Shown piece by piece: positions 24,632-40,024 of a DNA stretch of 64,000 nucleotides. A model generated the notes under the pieces. The model did not search any database. It saw only the letters and a list, made by a program, of their open reading frames with translations, and was not told the origin of the DNA. This DNA is from Piromyces finnis finn (Eukaryota; Fungi; Neocallimastigomycota): NCBI GenBank assembly GCA_002104945.1, contig MCFH01000027.1, forward strand, positions 248,001-312,000, read 5' to 3'. Made by a program: the position numbers and the translations under genes. Positions within the stretch are counted from its first letter, which is position 1. The number at the start of each line of letters is the position of its first letter.

Positions 24632-25629
24632 CTATATTATAATTTAATTATGATAGAGAAATATTTCATAAAAAAAAAAGGATAATTCGATGTCAAATAT
24701 AAATATATTTTAAAAAGTTCAAATCATTAAATATATATTTATATAAATTAAATTCAAAAACTAAAAAATAAAACAGAATGAAAAAAACATTATAATTGTA
24801 ACTGAAAGAGTTGTTCCATTAACAAGACAATTGGCAAAAGAAAGAGATGATAATCTTATCACTTGGGGTCTATACAAAACTGCTGTAAATATAAAGAAAA
24901 ATGAAATATATTTTTTCTTTTCAATTAAATAAATCTATAAAATAAAACTGAATATTTGTATATATATAGGTTGCATTAAAATTTTTGAATTCAGATTGCC
25001 AACTTATTCACGGTAGTCTTAGAAAATCTTCAATTTTTTGTACTCAAGCTGGTGAATGGAAGTAAGTTTTTTAACAGTGTAATTTTAAATAATTCGTTAT
25101 ATAGTGCATTTTATTTATTTTAGATGATCAATAAACATATGATTAATTCTATATATATATTTTCTTTTTTAAAACATCATTTACACCTAAAATAGATTAA
25201 GTGGTTTAGAGTTATGTTGTTCACTTAAAGATAATTATCCAATTATTGTTTCAAACTCAACTAATTTCTATAATCCATCTAAATATTCGCCACCAGAGGT
25301 ATATTATGAATTTTTAAATGAAATTAGTATAATGAAATCATGCTAAATTTCTATTTTTTTATATCAATATAAAAAGGTCAGAAGAGAATCATGGGGTGTA
25401 TTACAAAAATACCCACTTCATGTATTAGATGCTTACGATTTTGGTTGTTTAATATATGGTATAAATTTAATTTTAAATTTTAATAATAATATAGTAATAA
25501 AATAAGAATATATAGATATTATAGATATTGTCACATTATTTACAATATTATAAATTATAAGAACTTTTCAATAATACTGATATTTGTGATCCATCGGATG
25601 TTAGAAATTTAAGTAAGATACCAGAAGTA

Positions 25630-25664
<35 letters not shown>

Positions 25665-28600
25665 ATAATGACATCTAAATTAAATACAATGACGATAATA
25701 AATATAATAATACTGATTAATCATTATTAATATAATAATTTTTATATAAACTAATTTGAATATTTGAAGGTTGTAAAACCATATTATAAAACATTGCTAC
25801 ATGAAAATCCAAATTATAGATCAAGTGTTGCACAATTTTTAGATGGTTGCATGCAAAAGAATGGCTTCTTTGATACACCTTTTGTTAAAGCTTGTCTTTT
25901 CCTTGAAAATATTAGTGTAAAAGAAAAAACTGAAAAAGAACAATTTATTAGAAATTTATCTAATTCTATTGATTCTTTTCCAACCGAATTTTCAAAGCAT
26001 AAAATTTTACCAGAATTAATCAAAGCTTTAGAGTATGGTGCAGGTATATATATAAAAAATATAAATCAAATAATTATAATTTATAAATCTTAAAAAAAAT
26101 GTAATGTTAAAAAAATATTATTTACAATTTATTATTCTATTAAATTAGGTGGCTCAAGAGTGTTATTACCAATTTTAAAGTTAGGTGCTTCATTGTCAAA
26201 AGAAGAATATGATAAAGTTATTTTAGGTAGTATTGTTAAGATGTATGGTTCACCCGATCGTCAAATGCGTTTAATGCTTTTAGAAAATATGGATAAATAT
26301 ATTGATAAAATTGGAGAACATACGAAAATTATTAATGATAAAATTTTCCCACAAATTGTATGAATTATTTTATATATTATAATTATATGTAATTATTTTG
26401 AATTATTCGTAGTAAAATTAATGCTATTTTAATTTAATAACAATAACAAACAAACAAAACATAATATCATTAATGTTAAAGGTTACTGGTTTTAATGACA
26501 CAAGTGTAAGTGCTTTTTAGGACAACTATATATAATCTATTATATATGCATATATTAAAAAATGATATTAATATTCTATTTTATTTTATATAATTTTTTA
26601 AAAAAAAATAGTCTATTATTCGTGAAGCCACTATTAAGTCTATTTTATTGCTTGGTCCAAAAGTAAATTATTAATATATAAAAATATTTAAGTTATATAT
26701 ATATTAATAGTAGTTTTTATCAATAATATATACTTAGTTAAGTGACAGAATCATCAACAATGATTTGTTAAGACATTTAGCTAAATTACAAGTAGATGAA
26801 GAACCAGGTATTCGTACAAATACTACAATTTTAATTGGAAAGTTAGCTAAAAGTCTTAGTCCATCTGTAAATATACAAAAAAAGTTTTTTAATATATTAA
26901 ATAATTTTAAACAGAAGGAATAAGGTATTAATAAGAATAATAATATTATAATATTAAAATTTATTTATTAAAGACAAGAAAACGTATTTTAATCCCAGCT
27001 TATGCTAGAAGTTTAAAAGATCCATTTGTTCCAGCAAGAAATGCTGGTTTATTAGCGTTTAATGGTAATTTAAATAATACAAATTATAACATTATCATCC
27101 TTTTTAACTTTCTTATTTACAATTATTATATAAAAAATAACGGTTATGATGTTAATAACATATTTATTAAATACATTATTTGTTATATTAGCTTCCATTG
27201 AATTATTTGATGTTGATGAAATGGCTACGAAAGTTATTCCATGTGTTAGTCCATGTTTAATCGATCCTGATAAGTAAATATTACCAATGATAAAATATAT
27301 ATTGTTCGACATTATATCATTATATATTAATATATTAATTAATATATATATATTTATGTAATTAGAACTGTAAGACAAAATGCATTCAAAACTGTTGCAA
27401 CTTGTATTAAAAAGCTTGAACAAAATTCTGAACAAATGGTAAAATAATTTATTAATGAAGTTCTTTTATTGCTATTTTCCCTCCTATATTATATTTTATA
27501 GATATTAATATATTTATATTTTTATTAATATTAATTTTCTATATATATATATTAATAGTATCAACCACCAACTGATCCAAATTCAGTTTCTAATATTGCT
27601 AGCAATAATTCTCTTAATAATAATAATAACACTCAAGAAAAGGCATGGTCTGGTTGGACATCTTCTATATCTAAAAAGGTAATTTTTTTTATGTAAAAAT
27701 TAGGCTATTTACAAATATAAATAGCAAATTTAATTTGATTATTAATTATAATAATTTGATGTGTTTATTTAATATAAAAGATTCAAGGAACTATGGAAAA
27801 CATTATCACTGGTGAAAGTAATAGTAATAGTAACAACAACAACAACAACAACAACAACAAAACTTCAATTTCATCTAGCTCTGGTAGAAAGTCCTTCGAT
27901 TCAGGCTCAAAATCTTCTCTTTCTCATTCTAGTTCTAATAACAATGGACTTGGTAGTACTGGCGGATTTGGTAGTACTGGAGGATTTGGTAGTACTGGCG
28001 GATTTGGAAGTACCAGTAGTAATGACAAAACTAAAGATTTACTTTCTTCTGATAGTTCAATTGGTATGCTTAAGACAGAATCAAAACCAATGGTCTTAAA
28101 TTCCCAAGTCAATAAAAAGAATTCTATTGATCTCTTTAGTATTGCTGATTCAATTGAAACATCTACTCCAGCCTCTGAATCTAAAAATAGCTTTGATGGT
28201 TGGGATGACTTTAAATTAGATACCCAAATTGATGATGGATGGGATATTCCAGCTCCACCAGCTCCATCCAATCCAATAGCTAAGTCACCAGCAAAAGAAA
28301 GTAAACAAACTGATATATATTCATCCTTTAATAATACCTCTACCAATAAAACTTCATCCTCAAATAGTGGTTGGGATGACTTTTCTAATATTATGAATAA
28401 GAAAACTCAAGGAAATAACAAAACCTCAACTACAACTACTACTGCTAATTCCACTTCTTCATTCTCTGCATGGTCCACATCTTCTACTAGTACACCAACT
28501 AAAGCAACACCTAGTGGTTGGGGTGTAATGAAGCCAAATACTACTTCATCCACCAGTACTACCTCTGCTAATACAACTTCTACTACTGCTAACGGATGGG

Positions 28601-29058
28601 GTTCAAATAGTGGATGGGGTGTCATGTCACCTAATATCACTAGTGCTACCTTAAGTACATCATTATCTAGTAATAAAAGTAATGGATGGAATGTTATGTC
28701 CCCAAATACTAGCAATGCAACTTTAAAAACAAATACAAATACTTCATTATCTAATAATAGTAATAATAACTGGAGTAGTTTTGGTTCTACTACTGTTACA
28801 ACAACAACTACTAACAATAGTTCTGGCTGGGGTAGTTTTGGTGCAACTTCATCTTCTTCTACAAATAATAATAACAATTCCGGATGGGGTAATAACTCTG
28901 GTTGGGGTAGCTTTGGAAATACATCAGCATCATCTTCTAATAATAATAGCAATAACAATAATAATAAATCAAATAGTACTTCAAATGGTTGGGGTTCCTT
29001 TGGTAGTACATCTAATAATAATAATAGTAGTAGTGATGGATGGGGAAGCTTTAATTAA
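24196..29058 (+). CDS. SCYL1: SCY1-like pseudokinase SCYL1/Cex1 (kinase-like domain, HEAT repeats, low-complexity tail); ~15+ exons
   Basis: Spliced translation: MDFLKSQ..WTLHDGKKK/DDGSSVSVFVFD..LARNAFKRARTIRHP..GEWK/LSGLE..KHKILPELIKALEYG..DEEPGIRTNTTILIGK..LKDPFVPARNAGLLA..CLIDPDK. Confidence 0.9.
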
Positions 29059-29370
29059 ATTGAATAGTAATTATTAAAAGTAATAAAAAGGTTTTTCCTT
29101 TTTAAAAGTATTAAATTTTTATTTTATTATTATGTAAAATATAATGAATGCTCATTAATCAAAACCAATTAGGTAAACATGATAGAATTATTATAATTGA
29201 TAAAAAAATAACAATAACAATATTAATAACAATAGTAATAATGGTAAAATAAAATAAAATATAAAGACAAAAACAAACAAACAAACAAAAAAAGAAACAA
29301 AATAAAACAAAATAAATAAAAACCAACTAGATTTTAATATTTTTTTTTATTAATAATATAATTTAAAATT

Positions 29371-29401
<31 letters not shown>

Positions 29402-29608
29402 CTTTGTATCTGTATCAATGAATTCAAATTAAATCATTTTTATTTAATAAAATATTTTTATAATTAAAATAAATTTATAATTTTTTTGAAAAGATAAAAT
29501 AAATATGTATTTTAATATTATTAAATAAAAACTATATTTATAATATTCTTTTTTTTTTTTTTCTTCGTTTTATTTTATTTTATTTTTTAATTTCTATATT
29601 TAAAATGG

Positions 29609-29658
<50 letters not shown>

Positions 29659-29763
29659 AGGTAATAAATAATTTATTCTATTTATTTGATTTTCTATTTT
29701 CTATTTTTTTTTTTTTTTTGTTAATATTAAAAATATAGATAGATGTAATACTATTTATATTTG

Positions 29764-29809
<46 letters not shown>

Positions 29810-30215
29810 TTTTTTTATTTATTTATTATTCTAATAATTTATAATTTTCTTTTTGTTTTTATACTTTTCATATTATTAAATTACTTTGCTTTTGTAGACT
29901 TTTTTTTTATCATAAATAAATAAATAAATTAATTGTTTTAAAAATTAATTGTAAAAAAGATAATTCAATTCAATTTTTTTTTAATTTTTTAATTTTTATA
30001 TAATAAATAAGTTAAATATTCCTATAATTAAAAATATAGTTAAATTCATTTTGTATTTTTGTGAATTATAAAACTTTCATTCCTTGTATTCTGATGATAT
30101 ATTTATATAATATAACAATTGATTATTGAAGAAAATGAAGTTTTTTTTTTTTTTTTTTGATTGATTATTTAATACTAGATAATGTAATCCTTATTTTCGA
30201 CTTTTATGATTTTGA

Positions 30216-31210
30216 TTATTCATTAATATCGTTGTTTTCATTTTTAACTGTAATTTTTTCCTTTTCATCTTCTTTCTTTAATGCTTCAATAACATTATCA
30301 ATTGATTCAAAATAGTGTGGAAAACGAATGGATTTATATTTACAAGATTTAACCCAATTCTTAAATGGAAGACCTAATAAGTGAAGATGTAAATGTCCTA
30401 CACTAGTAAAAGGTGGAATATGAAAACCAAGTATACTATCATATTCTTTATTTGAAATTAACAAGGTACTTGGAATTGGTGATTCCTTATCTTCTTCGTC
30501 TTCCTCTGACATACTACCATCATAATTTTGATCAGATATTTTATGATTTTCATTTTTTAAGCATGGGTTAGTGTAACCTAAATCTTTCAGTATTTTAATA
30601 CCAGCAATTTTCATACATTTCACTAAAAGTTATATATTTATAGAAAAAAACATTCGTTAAAGAAATAAATTTAGATAATAATTAAAATAAAATTAATTAA
30701 AAAATATAAATAATATAAGATTTACATAATTCTTTGTGGTCTTTATAAGTTAAATCTTTAACGCTAACTATATTATATATACATATATAATATAATTAAT
30801 AAATTATTTTAAATTTATAAATAAAAACTATGTATATATTTAAAACCATTAACTTTACCAATATGTGCACGAGGTATAACTAAAATATGAACCTTTGCTG
30901 CTGGTTTAATGTCATGAAATGCTATAATTTTATCATCCTTTTATTTATTAAAAAAAAAAAAAAGAAAATACAAAGATTATTAAAAAGGATAAAACTTTTT
31001 TCTTCTTACTATATAAAAAAAGCTCACCTCATATATTATTCTTTCCTTATCTAAATGACAAAATATACATTTTTTATGAGTATCTTCTGAATTTACTATT
31101 TGATTTTGATTTTGAACTTCCACAGAAATTAAATTATCATTTGATGTTGAGTAATTTTGCTTTTGTATTTTAACGCATGGAAAACAACATGAAAATAAAT
31201 TTCTACTCAT
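30216..31210 (-). CDS. HINT3: HIT-family nucleotide hydrolase, HINT3-like; 4 exons
   Basis: CIFC motif; exon DDKIIAFHDIKPAAKVHILVIPRAHI; LGFHIPPFTSVGHLHLH histidine triad. Confidence 0.85.
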
Positions 31211-31778
31211 TGTAATATTAGTATAATAATAATTATTGTATGGAAATAATTTATTTCTATTAAATGTTGAATATAATTTAAATAAAGACTTTATAAAATA
31301 TATTATGTATTAAAAAAAAAAAAAAAAAAAAAAAAAATTAGTTAATTCATTATTTTAGTATCATTAAAAAAAAAAAAACTTTTTTTTTTTAAAAGGATAT
31401 TAAAAATTTTTAAAATAAAACTATATATATATATTCTTTTTTTCTTGATAAATATTAGGAATATGAAAAAAAAGAAAAAAAATAATAATATTATTAATAA
31501 TAATAAAAATAAAACTTAATAATATTAAGTAATAATGATAATCTTACTGTAATCGAATTAAAATTATTTTGTTTAATATAAGAATATGATGTTCTATAAA
31601 ATAATTTTGAATTCATTTGTTTTAAAATTATTTATTTTATAAAAAAAATTGAATATAATGATATATATATTTCTGCTTTATTTTGTGCTGCTTTATATAT
31701 ATATATGTGATGAAATTTAATTAATAAAAGTCATACTTTCAATCTTTCAATTAATTTTATTTTATTATTTGTTTTTTT

Positions 31779-31809
<31 letters not shown>

Positions 31810-32096
31810 CAATTTTTTTTAAAAAGGGAAATTTTAATTTATGAAATTATATTAATATGCTGTAAGGCAAATTCAAATTTAATTATTTATAAAGTTTATT
31901 TTAATTAATAAATTTTATTTAACAACATATAAATATTATAAAAAAATGTGTATTTACAAAAATATAAAAATATATAAAAATATTAATATGTATTGTAAAG
32001 AATGTTTTTATATACATAATATACATATATATATGTGAAGAAATGTTTATAATGTTATGCTTAAAAGTTTTACAATTTAATAATCTAGAAATAATT

Positions 32097-35000
32097 TTAT
32101 TCTTCTTCAAAACTACTTGTTTCAATAAACCTTTTAAATTGAGGAATCATATTTACTGTACTTTGAGGTACAATAAATATAACATTAATCAATTCAATTA
32201 TTTTTTTATTTGCATCAATTACACTTCTATATGTTATAAATGAAGATATAGTAATTAAAAGTATTCCCAATAATGTAGTAAGTACCAAATTTGAACTTGC
32301 TGCCTTAATTGATTCATATATTTTATCGTATACAATTTTATCGAATTTTTCTAAACCTCCTATAATATGTTGCATTACGTTCAACTCGAACAAAAATTCA
32401 GGACATGTATATGCATTTATGGCCTTTAAAATATAGTTATGATCATTATTATACATATATTGTTCATTTTTTATATCCTTAATTCTTGACTTATATGCGA
32501 TGATTTTCATTTTATTGAGGAACTCTTCAATAATATTGTTTAATCCAGTTTTAACGAGACCTTTAGTAAAATCTTTTAAAATATAAAATAGAATTAAAAT
32601 TTATTAATAGTAAGAATGTGTGCTATGTGCTATTTTTATTAAATATTTTTATTAAGTATATAAAATAATTACCATAATCATAGTATTCGTCAATAGTATC
32701 ACAAATTTCTTGATCAAGCTTGCAACCATTTACGATATTAATGGAATCTAGATATCTCATTTTTGCTGTAGATAATGCTCCCATAGTTCCAGAATAAAGT
32801 TCATTTTGGAGTTTCTATTTAAATATTTATAGATTTTTTTAATGCATACATATATTATTTATTGTAATAATTATTTTAGTTATTAAAAATTATACCTCTA
32901 GTTTTTCAATTTCATAATTTAAATATGTTTCAGCTGTTCCTGGAGCATATACATATTCATCGTGGATTAAAACTTCATATGCAAAAATACTTAAAAATAA
33001 AACCATTTCTTTTCTCTTTCCCTTTTGTATATTAAAAATTTTTAATAAAAATTCTTAAAAAGAAAAAGATTTTTTTTAATATTTTTTTTTTCTTACAACA
33101 TAGCATACTTACAGCATACATATTATAGTTAACACTATTTACTATTTCCTTATCTTTTGTCTTTTATAATTAATTTTTTAATATTAAAACCTAATATTAG
33201 TATGAAGTATTTATAATTAATAATATTCTTATATAATTATTGTTAAAACTAACGATAATTGGCTTAGTTAAACACAAAATTGAACAGATTAATAAGATAT
33301 TGACAAGATAACCTTTAAATTTAATGTAGTAAAAACTAAATGCATTTTTGTCAACATTATATTTTGCTTTTTTTGTATCAAAGCTATTATCAAATATATC
33401 GGTGATGGATTCAATACTATTATCAAATTTTGCTACAATATCTTTAACAGATCCTTTAACGGCGGTAATAATGTAGTTATGTTATTATGAAATTGTATTT
33501 TAGTAAATGAAAAAAAATAAAATAAATACAATTCTATTAATGATCACGTCAATATACCTTTCAATAAATATCTAAACATTCCCATTGTTTTATCATATAT
33601 ATGCTTTGTATTGTAATATAATGGTGTCAATCCTTTTAAACATTGATAAATATAAGTATATTTAATTTTTATATATATTTTTTGGAAAAAAATTATTTAT
33701 TAATGTAAAATATAGAATTACTATTCTTTTGTAATCTTATTACCTAAGAAGTTGATAATTAATGATAGAGCAACAAAGAAACCTGTCAAAATATATAATA
33801 TCATAACTTTTTCGTTTTTACTAGTAATTTCATCTTTGTATAATATATTTACTGATTCTTCCATTACATCATAATAATAATATTTAAAGTTTTCTATAAA
33901 AATTTTAGTAGATGAACCATTTAGTAATTTATATACATCTTTTGTATTATGATATTATATTTCAGATTTACCTGCAAACATTCTAATAATTATATATAAT
34001 ATATTAATTAATACGTATTATTATTTAAAAATTAATATTAAATTATAGTATATATATAATACCTAAATCTATAATCAAGTAAAATGTTTTCTCCCTTTTC
34101 AACTCGATTAAGCCATTCCTCTAGAGAAACACTAAATAATTCTCTTGACCAAACAATGATATTCTTTACAAGTTCATATCCATTTAAATTTACATATTCA
34201 CTTTTTGTATCACCTCCGTTATTTGGATCGTATAAAATAATTGGATTGTCTGATGGTGGATTGAAGGCATACTTTTTTAAAATCGGGATATATTGAGATT
34301 CAATAATATCAATATATCCTTCAAGTACTGGTAAATTTTCTTGTAAAACATTCATTTCCCCTAATGCCATTGAAGATGTTAACATTCTTGTACGACTTAA
34401 AATATTATGAACAATGTAATTCATTTCAGATAAAACCTGAATATTATTGACTGATGTATTATAACTATTAATGTGAATAAATCCATAGACAATACTATTT
34501 TTTTATTAAATTTATTTTGTAAATATTAGTAATAAGTAAGGTTTTAAATTATAGTTTGTAATATTAAAATCTTAATATAATTAAATAAATAAAATTTGTA
34601 TTACGAGATAATATATAAAATAGATATTAAAAAGAATGTTCCCAAGGTTAATTTTGAATATCTTTTGTATTTATTTGTTAATGCTTGAATCATGTTTTTT
34701 CTTGATAAAGAGATTGAATAAATGTAAAAATAAGTTTAATAAATATATGATAAATAATTATCTTAAAAATATATTTTACAAATTACTTGTATATTTTTCT
34801 TCTTCTCCCTTCTAAATCACCACCATAAGTAGATCCTCCGGCATTGGATACCCCTAAAGACATTAATGAACCCATTTTTGATTTTTGCTTAGCTATTTTA
34901 TTATTTAAGGCTCCAATTGAATCCTTTAAAAAAATAGTAAATATAAACCAGTTGTATATAATATTCTAATTGAATTTTAATTATGTTGATACTTACTGCT

Positions 35001-38000
35001 TCGTTTAATATAAAGTTCTTTTAAATAGATTTTTTATATAATAAAATGAAATATATTATTATTTATATCAAATAATTTAATTGAATATATAATATATGTA
35101 TTTTTTTATGCTTTTATATAAATTACATCTCCTTCAGTTTGATTCTATTTTCAAAATAAAATATTATAGTATAATAAATTAATTAGCATATTGTATATAT
35201 ATTATTTAATATTTGATTATTATATGAATGGTCTATTATATTTATTATACTTGCCATAACTTCAGTCATGAATAAAGTATATAATTGATAAGAACTCTAA
35301 ATAAATTTAAATTATTTATTTTAAAAAATATTTAAAAATTATTAATCATTCCATTTTAAAATGTATTTGAAGTATTATTAAATTTACTTTTTCATCTGGA
35401 AATTGAGCAATAATTTTTTGATAAAGTTTAGATGTTTCGTCCTTTAGATTACATGATAATATAAGGAATTTATCAATATCAAAAGTATCATTATTTCCTA
35501 CTCCTCTATTACTATTCAAAAATATAATATTATTGAAGAAACCTTTCATTAAATTTAAAAGTGTGATATGCTTTTCAATTGCTTCATGTTGTAATCTCGA
35601 CATATATTCAAAATATTCACTTTGAAATTTTTAGATATTATTTATATATAATATGTTTATTAGTATGAAAAACACGTTAAAGTTTTATTATCTACTTGTA
35701 ATTTAATAATATTTACTTTTTATAATAATCTGTATCTTCTTTTTTCTTATCCTTTATATCAAAAATTAAAAATTTAATAAAATATTTTTGTAAATAGTTA
35801 ATCTTATAATTCAAGGCTTTCTTTAATAAATAATCTGGTTTATTGGTAATTTGATCATCGTCCATAGCTTCACTATTTTTTTTATTTTCATTAGCTGATC
35901 CTTTTTTCTTATCTGAATCATCATAATCATCACTATTATTACTACTGTTATTATCACTACCATCATAATCACTATTATTATTATTTATATCTTCCTCATC
36001 TTCATATCCATCCTTTTTTATTCCAATAATCATATTCATATCTTCCTTTGATAATCTTTGTTCAATATACATTAAATAATATGAATACAAAGTATAAAGC
36101 TATATATATTTTATTTTTGAATATAAAATTATTTTTTAATAATTATGTTTCATTTTTAAATAATATATATAATGAATATATTATATATATATTATGCTTA
36201 CATATGCATATGAATTTTTGTTAAATTGATTTAAACTAGAAAAAAATATGAGAATATGTATTATTTAATTAATATTTTTTTATATTATAAAGAGTGATAG
36301 ATATTATTAAAAAAATATTTACCTTTCTATATAAAATTCTTTCATTAAGTTAAATGCTTCTCTAGTTTCATTATTCCTATCAAAATAATAAATATAATTA
36401 TTAATTACAATATTTACAAACACATTTTTTTTAAAAATAGATATTTAATAATGTTTTTTTAAATATACCAAATAAATCTACAGGATAACTCAAAATCATT
36501 CAATTTTGAAAAAACTATTACAGGTTCATTCATAATGCGGTCGTTCACTGTATATAATATATATATTTGTATACAAAATACCATTAGAACTATGTCACTA
36601 TTAAAATAATAATTTTTAATATTGTATTTAAAATTACCAATATCTTTAATTCTACTAAATGATGTGATTTTTTCGGAAATTCTGTCACTTACGAATGCAC
36701 TATTATCATCATTATCAGATGTATCAACATTATCGTCATCTTCATCGCTATTTTCTGAGGAATCCTTTTCATCATCATCCTCTTCTTCATCGTTATCATC
36801 ATCATCATCATTTGACTCGCTGTAAGATTTTTCAGAGTTTGATTTTTCTTCATTATCTGGATTTGATGATTCATGAGATTCAATGGACAAAGATACTTCA
36901 CCATTATTATTAACATTTTTATCCTCTAATTTTTTAGCTTTGAATCTCATATATATTTCTCTGATATGCTTATTATATCTATATCTTGATAAGAAAATTC
37001 CAATAAAGAATGATATAATTCCAATTACAAAAGATATAATACTGAAGAAGGATCTGCCGTTTCCATATAACATTGAGAATAAATCAACAATTGATATTCC
37101 TAGGATCATAGTCCACATGCCGGATCTAAAATGATTTACATGTTTATTAAAGTAAGGTTGGGCATTCAATAATTCCGATAATGAATAAAGAATAAATAAA
37201 AACATCAAAATAGGTATTAATTTTGAATATCCAATATAATTCTTCATTACTACAGTTAAGAAACACTAAAATGAAAATTGTATATAGAAAGTTTTAATTG
37301 AAATTAATTAAAAATATAATTTACTAATTTATAATTACTATAATTACTACAATTAATTATTATTTACCAATATTATAACAAATATATTATATTTTTGTCC
37401 TAAATATCCATAGGTTTGGCATAATGAATTACCTTTATTAAATGGAGTTGGATTAATAAAAACATACGGAAGCTTATTTTTTATTTATGATTATTTTTAT
37501 TTTTAATAATAATATATATAAAATATTTTGATTAAAATTTTGTTGAAATCATATAATAATAATGTTTTAGTATTGTAGAGTAATTATAGAATAATTTGAA
37601 TATTTACAACAAGTAATTGACCGATAATGAAAAATATGAAAGATAAAACACCAATGACAAATCTACGCGATTTTTATTTAATAATGAAGATATAAATATT
37701 TTGTTAATTTATTATTCAAATATATTTATTATAATAGTTGCTATTATTTTTTTTATTTATATATTAATATTTACAATGCCATTTGACCCTGAGTATAATC
37801 AATATATGGGAATGCTGCTAGTTTACCATTTTTTGAAATAAGAGCTTTCGCAAATATATGAGAGTCTATTTTATATATAGTATATAATCAATATGGTTTA
37901 TTTATTTGTTGAATTAAATTGTTATTTTTATTTATTTATTTTCTACTTACACAATGGAAATAAAATACTGATAAAATATTATGATATTTATATAGAATTA

Positions 38001-39035
38001 AGAAACTGAAGAAATTTCTTTTTATAAAGTATACTAGTTAAAAATTAATTACTTACGTATTATATAAAATGAAAATTAATCTGAGATACTTTATAAATAT
38101 TATATTTACAAGTTATAATAATTATTAGTAATTAGTACAATTCATATATAATCACATAATATATATATCATTTATAATAATTATCATACTTTAAAGCATC
38201 GGTTTTCTTTATATCTATTTAATTCAAAATATTTTAAATTATATATATTATTATATGTTATTATTATTATTATTATTATCTATATTAAAATTATAAGAAA
38301 TACACGCATAAAAAATATTGAGAAATATTACTTTTCGATTGAAATGAAAAAAACATAGAATACTATTTTTGAATATATAGTATGTGATTTATAATGATTA
38401 GAAATTATTTTTAATTGTGTTATTCTATTATCAAGAAATAAATTTAAATTGTTTAAATATTTTACAAATAATGGCTACTCCAGCAAGAAATAAAACATTA
38501 AAAGCAAGTTGACAATAATCTAAATTATGTTAAAATTATCATGTAAGAAGAGTTATTTTATATTTTATATTTAGGAATATAAAAGGTTATATATAATATT
38601 ATTAATATATACAGAAGATTATATAATTATCATCAAATCCCATCATTTTTATTTTGCTTCTAATATTTTCATTCATAGAAATTACAGAATTGTCAAAATA
38701 TGCAAAATATAACAATTGAATATCTTTCATGTGAAAAAGTTAAATTAAAAAATCAATATTAATATAAAGATTATTATAATTATTAGAAATACTTTTTATT
38801 TTTAACATAATTATACCTTCAACAAAAAATAATAGACATGTAATAATTGGATTTATTACAGTTTTTGATGATACATTATACATTAGGGAGTATAGAGAAT
38901 CCTATGAACAGATAAGTATAATATTAATTATCATTCTTTTAAATGCTATTTTATAATCTATAAAAATATACTAACAGTATGTTTTCTTATAAACGACTGA
39001 TTCTCATATAGTGCATTATTTGATTTTTCATTCAT
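32097..39035 (-). CDS. Large multi-exon polytopic membrane protein, TmcB/TmcC-like (exon map incomplete)
   Basis: N-terminal exons MNEKSNN../DSLYSLMYNVSSK..LLFFVE/DIQLLYF; hydrophobic exons; acidic loop (36459-37247); helical segment ETSKLYQKIIAQFPDEK/SSYQLYTLFMTEV; C-terminal TM then IFIVPQSTVNMIPQFKRFIETSSFEEE*. Family call from remembered motif resemblance only. Confidence 0.55.
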
Positions 39036-39923
39036 TTTTGAATAATAACACTAATTTATAAATTTTTTCTTTTGAATTGTAAAGTTTTAATAATAATAAT
39101 GATATTAATGTATATTCTCAATCCATACAATATTATATATAATCTTTAAACTATTAAATTGATTCAAATTAATAAAGAAATCAATGATTGAAGTAAATGT
39201 ATATACACATTTAAAAAATAAATAAATTCAAAAATTTATTTTTTTTTTCCTATATTATTATAAACTTTAAACTTTAAAAAGTTATAAATTTTTATTAATT
39301 TTAAATTAATATAAATATTTATAGATTATGGATTTGTGAATGCAAAAGGTTAGTTTACAATGATAAATTAATAAAATTTATAAAATATTACAAAGAATCA
39401 AAAAAAGTTGTTTTTTATATATATAAATGAAATAGAGCTTATTTAAAGCTTTTGTTATTAAAATAAATGCTGCCTTTGGTTCTGCAATAATCTGCAGTAT
39501 GTAGGTTCTTTGGGGTTATATATATTTGTACTAAATTATAGCTATTTATATGCAATTTGTTGACTATATATAGTATAGTCTTTCTACTGTGAGCTTTAAA
39601 TATTTAATAGTAATAAAATATATTTTAATATTTAAATGAATAAAAGATATATATATTTTTTTAAATATATTTTTTTTCATTAATTTATATTATCAATAAC
39701 ATTAAAATTTTTAAAATTCCAATGATAAATTTATAGAACTAAACTTTATTTTTTATTTTTCTTTTTGAATAATAAAATATTTATGTAGAAACATAATTAT
39801 ATGATTTTTTTTTATGTAAAACTAATATATAGATAATCTTACTAATTTACATTGTTATTATAATTATTTATTTTACTTTTATTATAAAAAAAATAATAAT
39901 AATTAGCAAAAAATCGAATCAAC

Positions 39924-39954
<31 letters not shown>

Positions 39955-40024
39955 TAAAAATAAAAATTAAAAATAAATTATTTTTATTATTTATTTTTTA
40001 TGAATAAAAATTGAATTTAGGATA

